The notes beneath the pieces are model-generated. The model was not told the DNA's origin, did no database searches, and saw only the letters and a program-made list of their open reading frames with translations. This document shows, piece by piece, positions 63,891 to 64,000 of a DNA stretch of 64,000 nt (positions are counted from its first letter, which is position 1; every line of letters starts with the position of its first letter). The stretch is taken from the NCBI GenBank assembly GCA_016748015.1, contig JAAOMT010000779.1, positions 331,168 through 395,167 of the forward strand. The letters run 5' to 3'. The stretch is from Geosiphon pyriformis uo1. Taxonomy: Eukaryota > Fungi > Glomeromycota. A program made the translations under genes and the position numbers.

Positions 63891-64000
63891 TTTTTACAAA
63901 ATAACAAAACAATTAAAAATATTATTATTTAAAAAAATATTTTAACAATATTAAATTCTATTTTAATTTTAAAATTAACAAAAATTTTAAACAAATTAGC

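Overview
This is a eukaryotic, AT-rich window dominated by transposons. It is most consistent with an early-diverging fungus (Glomeromycotina/Mucoromycota-like); that assignment is inference. There is one intact host gene, an 11-exon WAPL/Wpl1 cohesin-release factor (minus strand, 16641-20710, ~1090 aa), whose last intron is a U12-type AT-AC minor-spliceosome intron. The rest is nested mobile DNA riddled with C>T/G>A changes. It includes four long LINE copies (RRM+CCHC ORF1; APE-RT-RNaseH-CCHC ORF2) plus two truncated tails, all sharing a 3' hairpin/poly(A) module. An ORF1-only 'half-LINE' carries the same tail. Three Ty3/Gypsy families have 4-bp TSDs and tRNA-Met-like PBSs, and share a Cys-rich insert, a dUTPase and a conserved extra 3' ORF. 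There is also a solo LTR, a partial fourth LTR, and a 4.4-kb TIR DNA transposon with a 5-bp TSD. All alignments and translations were done by eye and no database searches were run.
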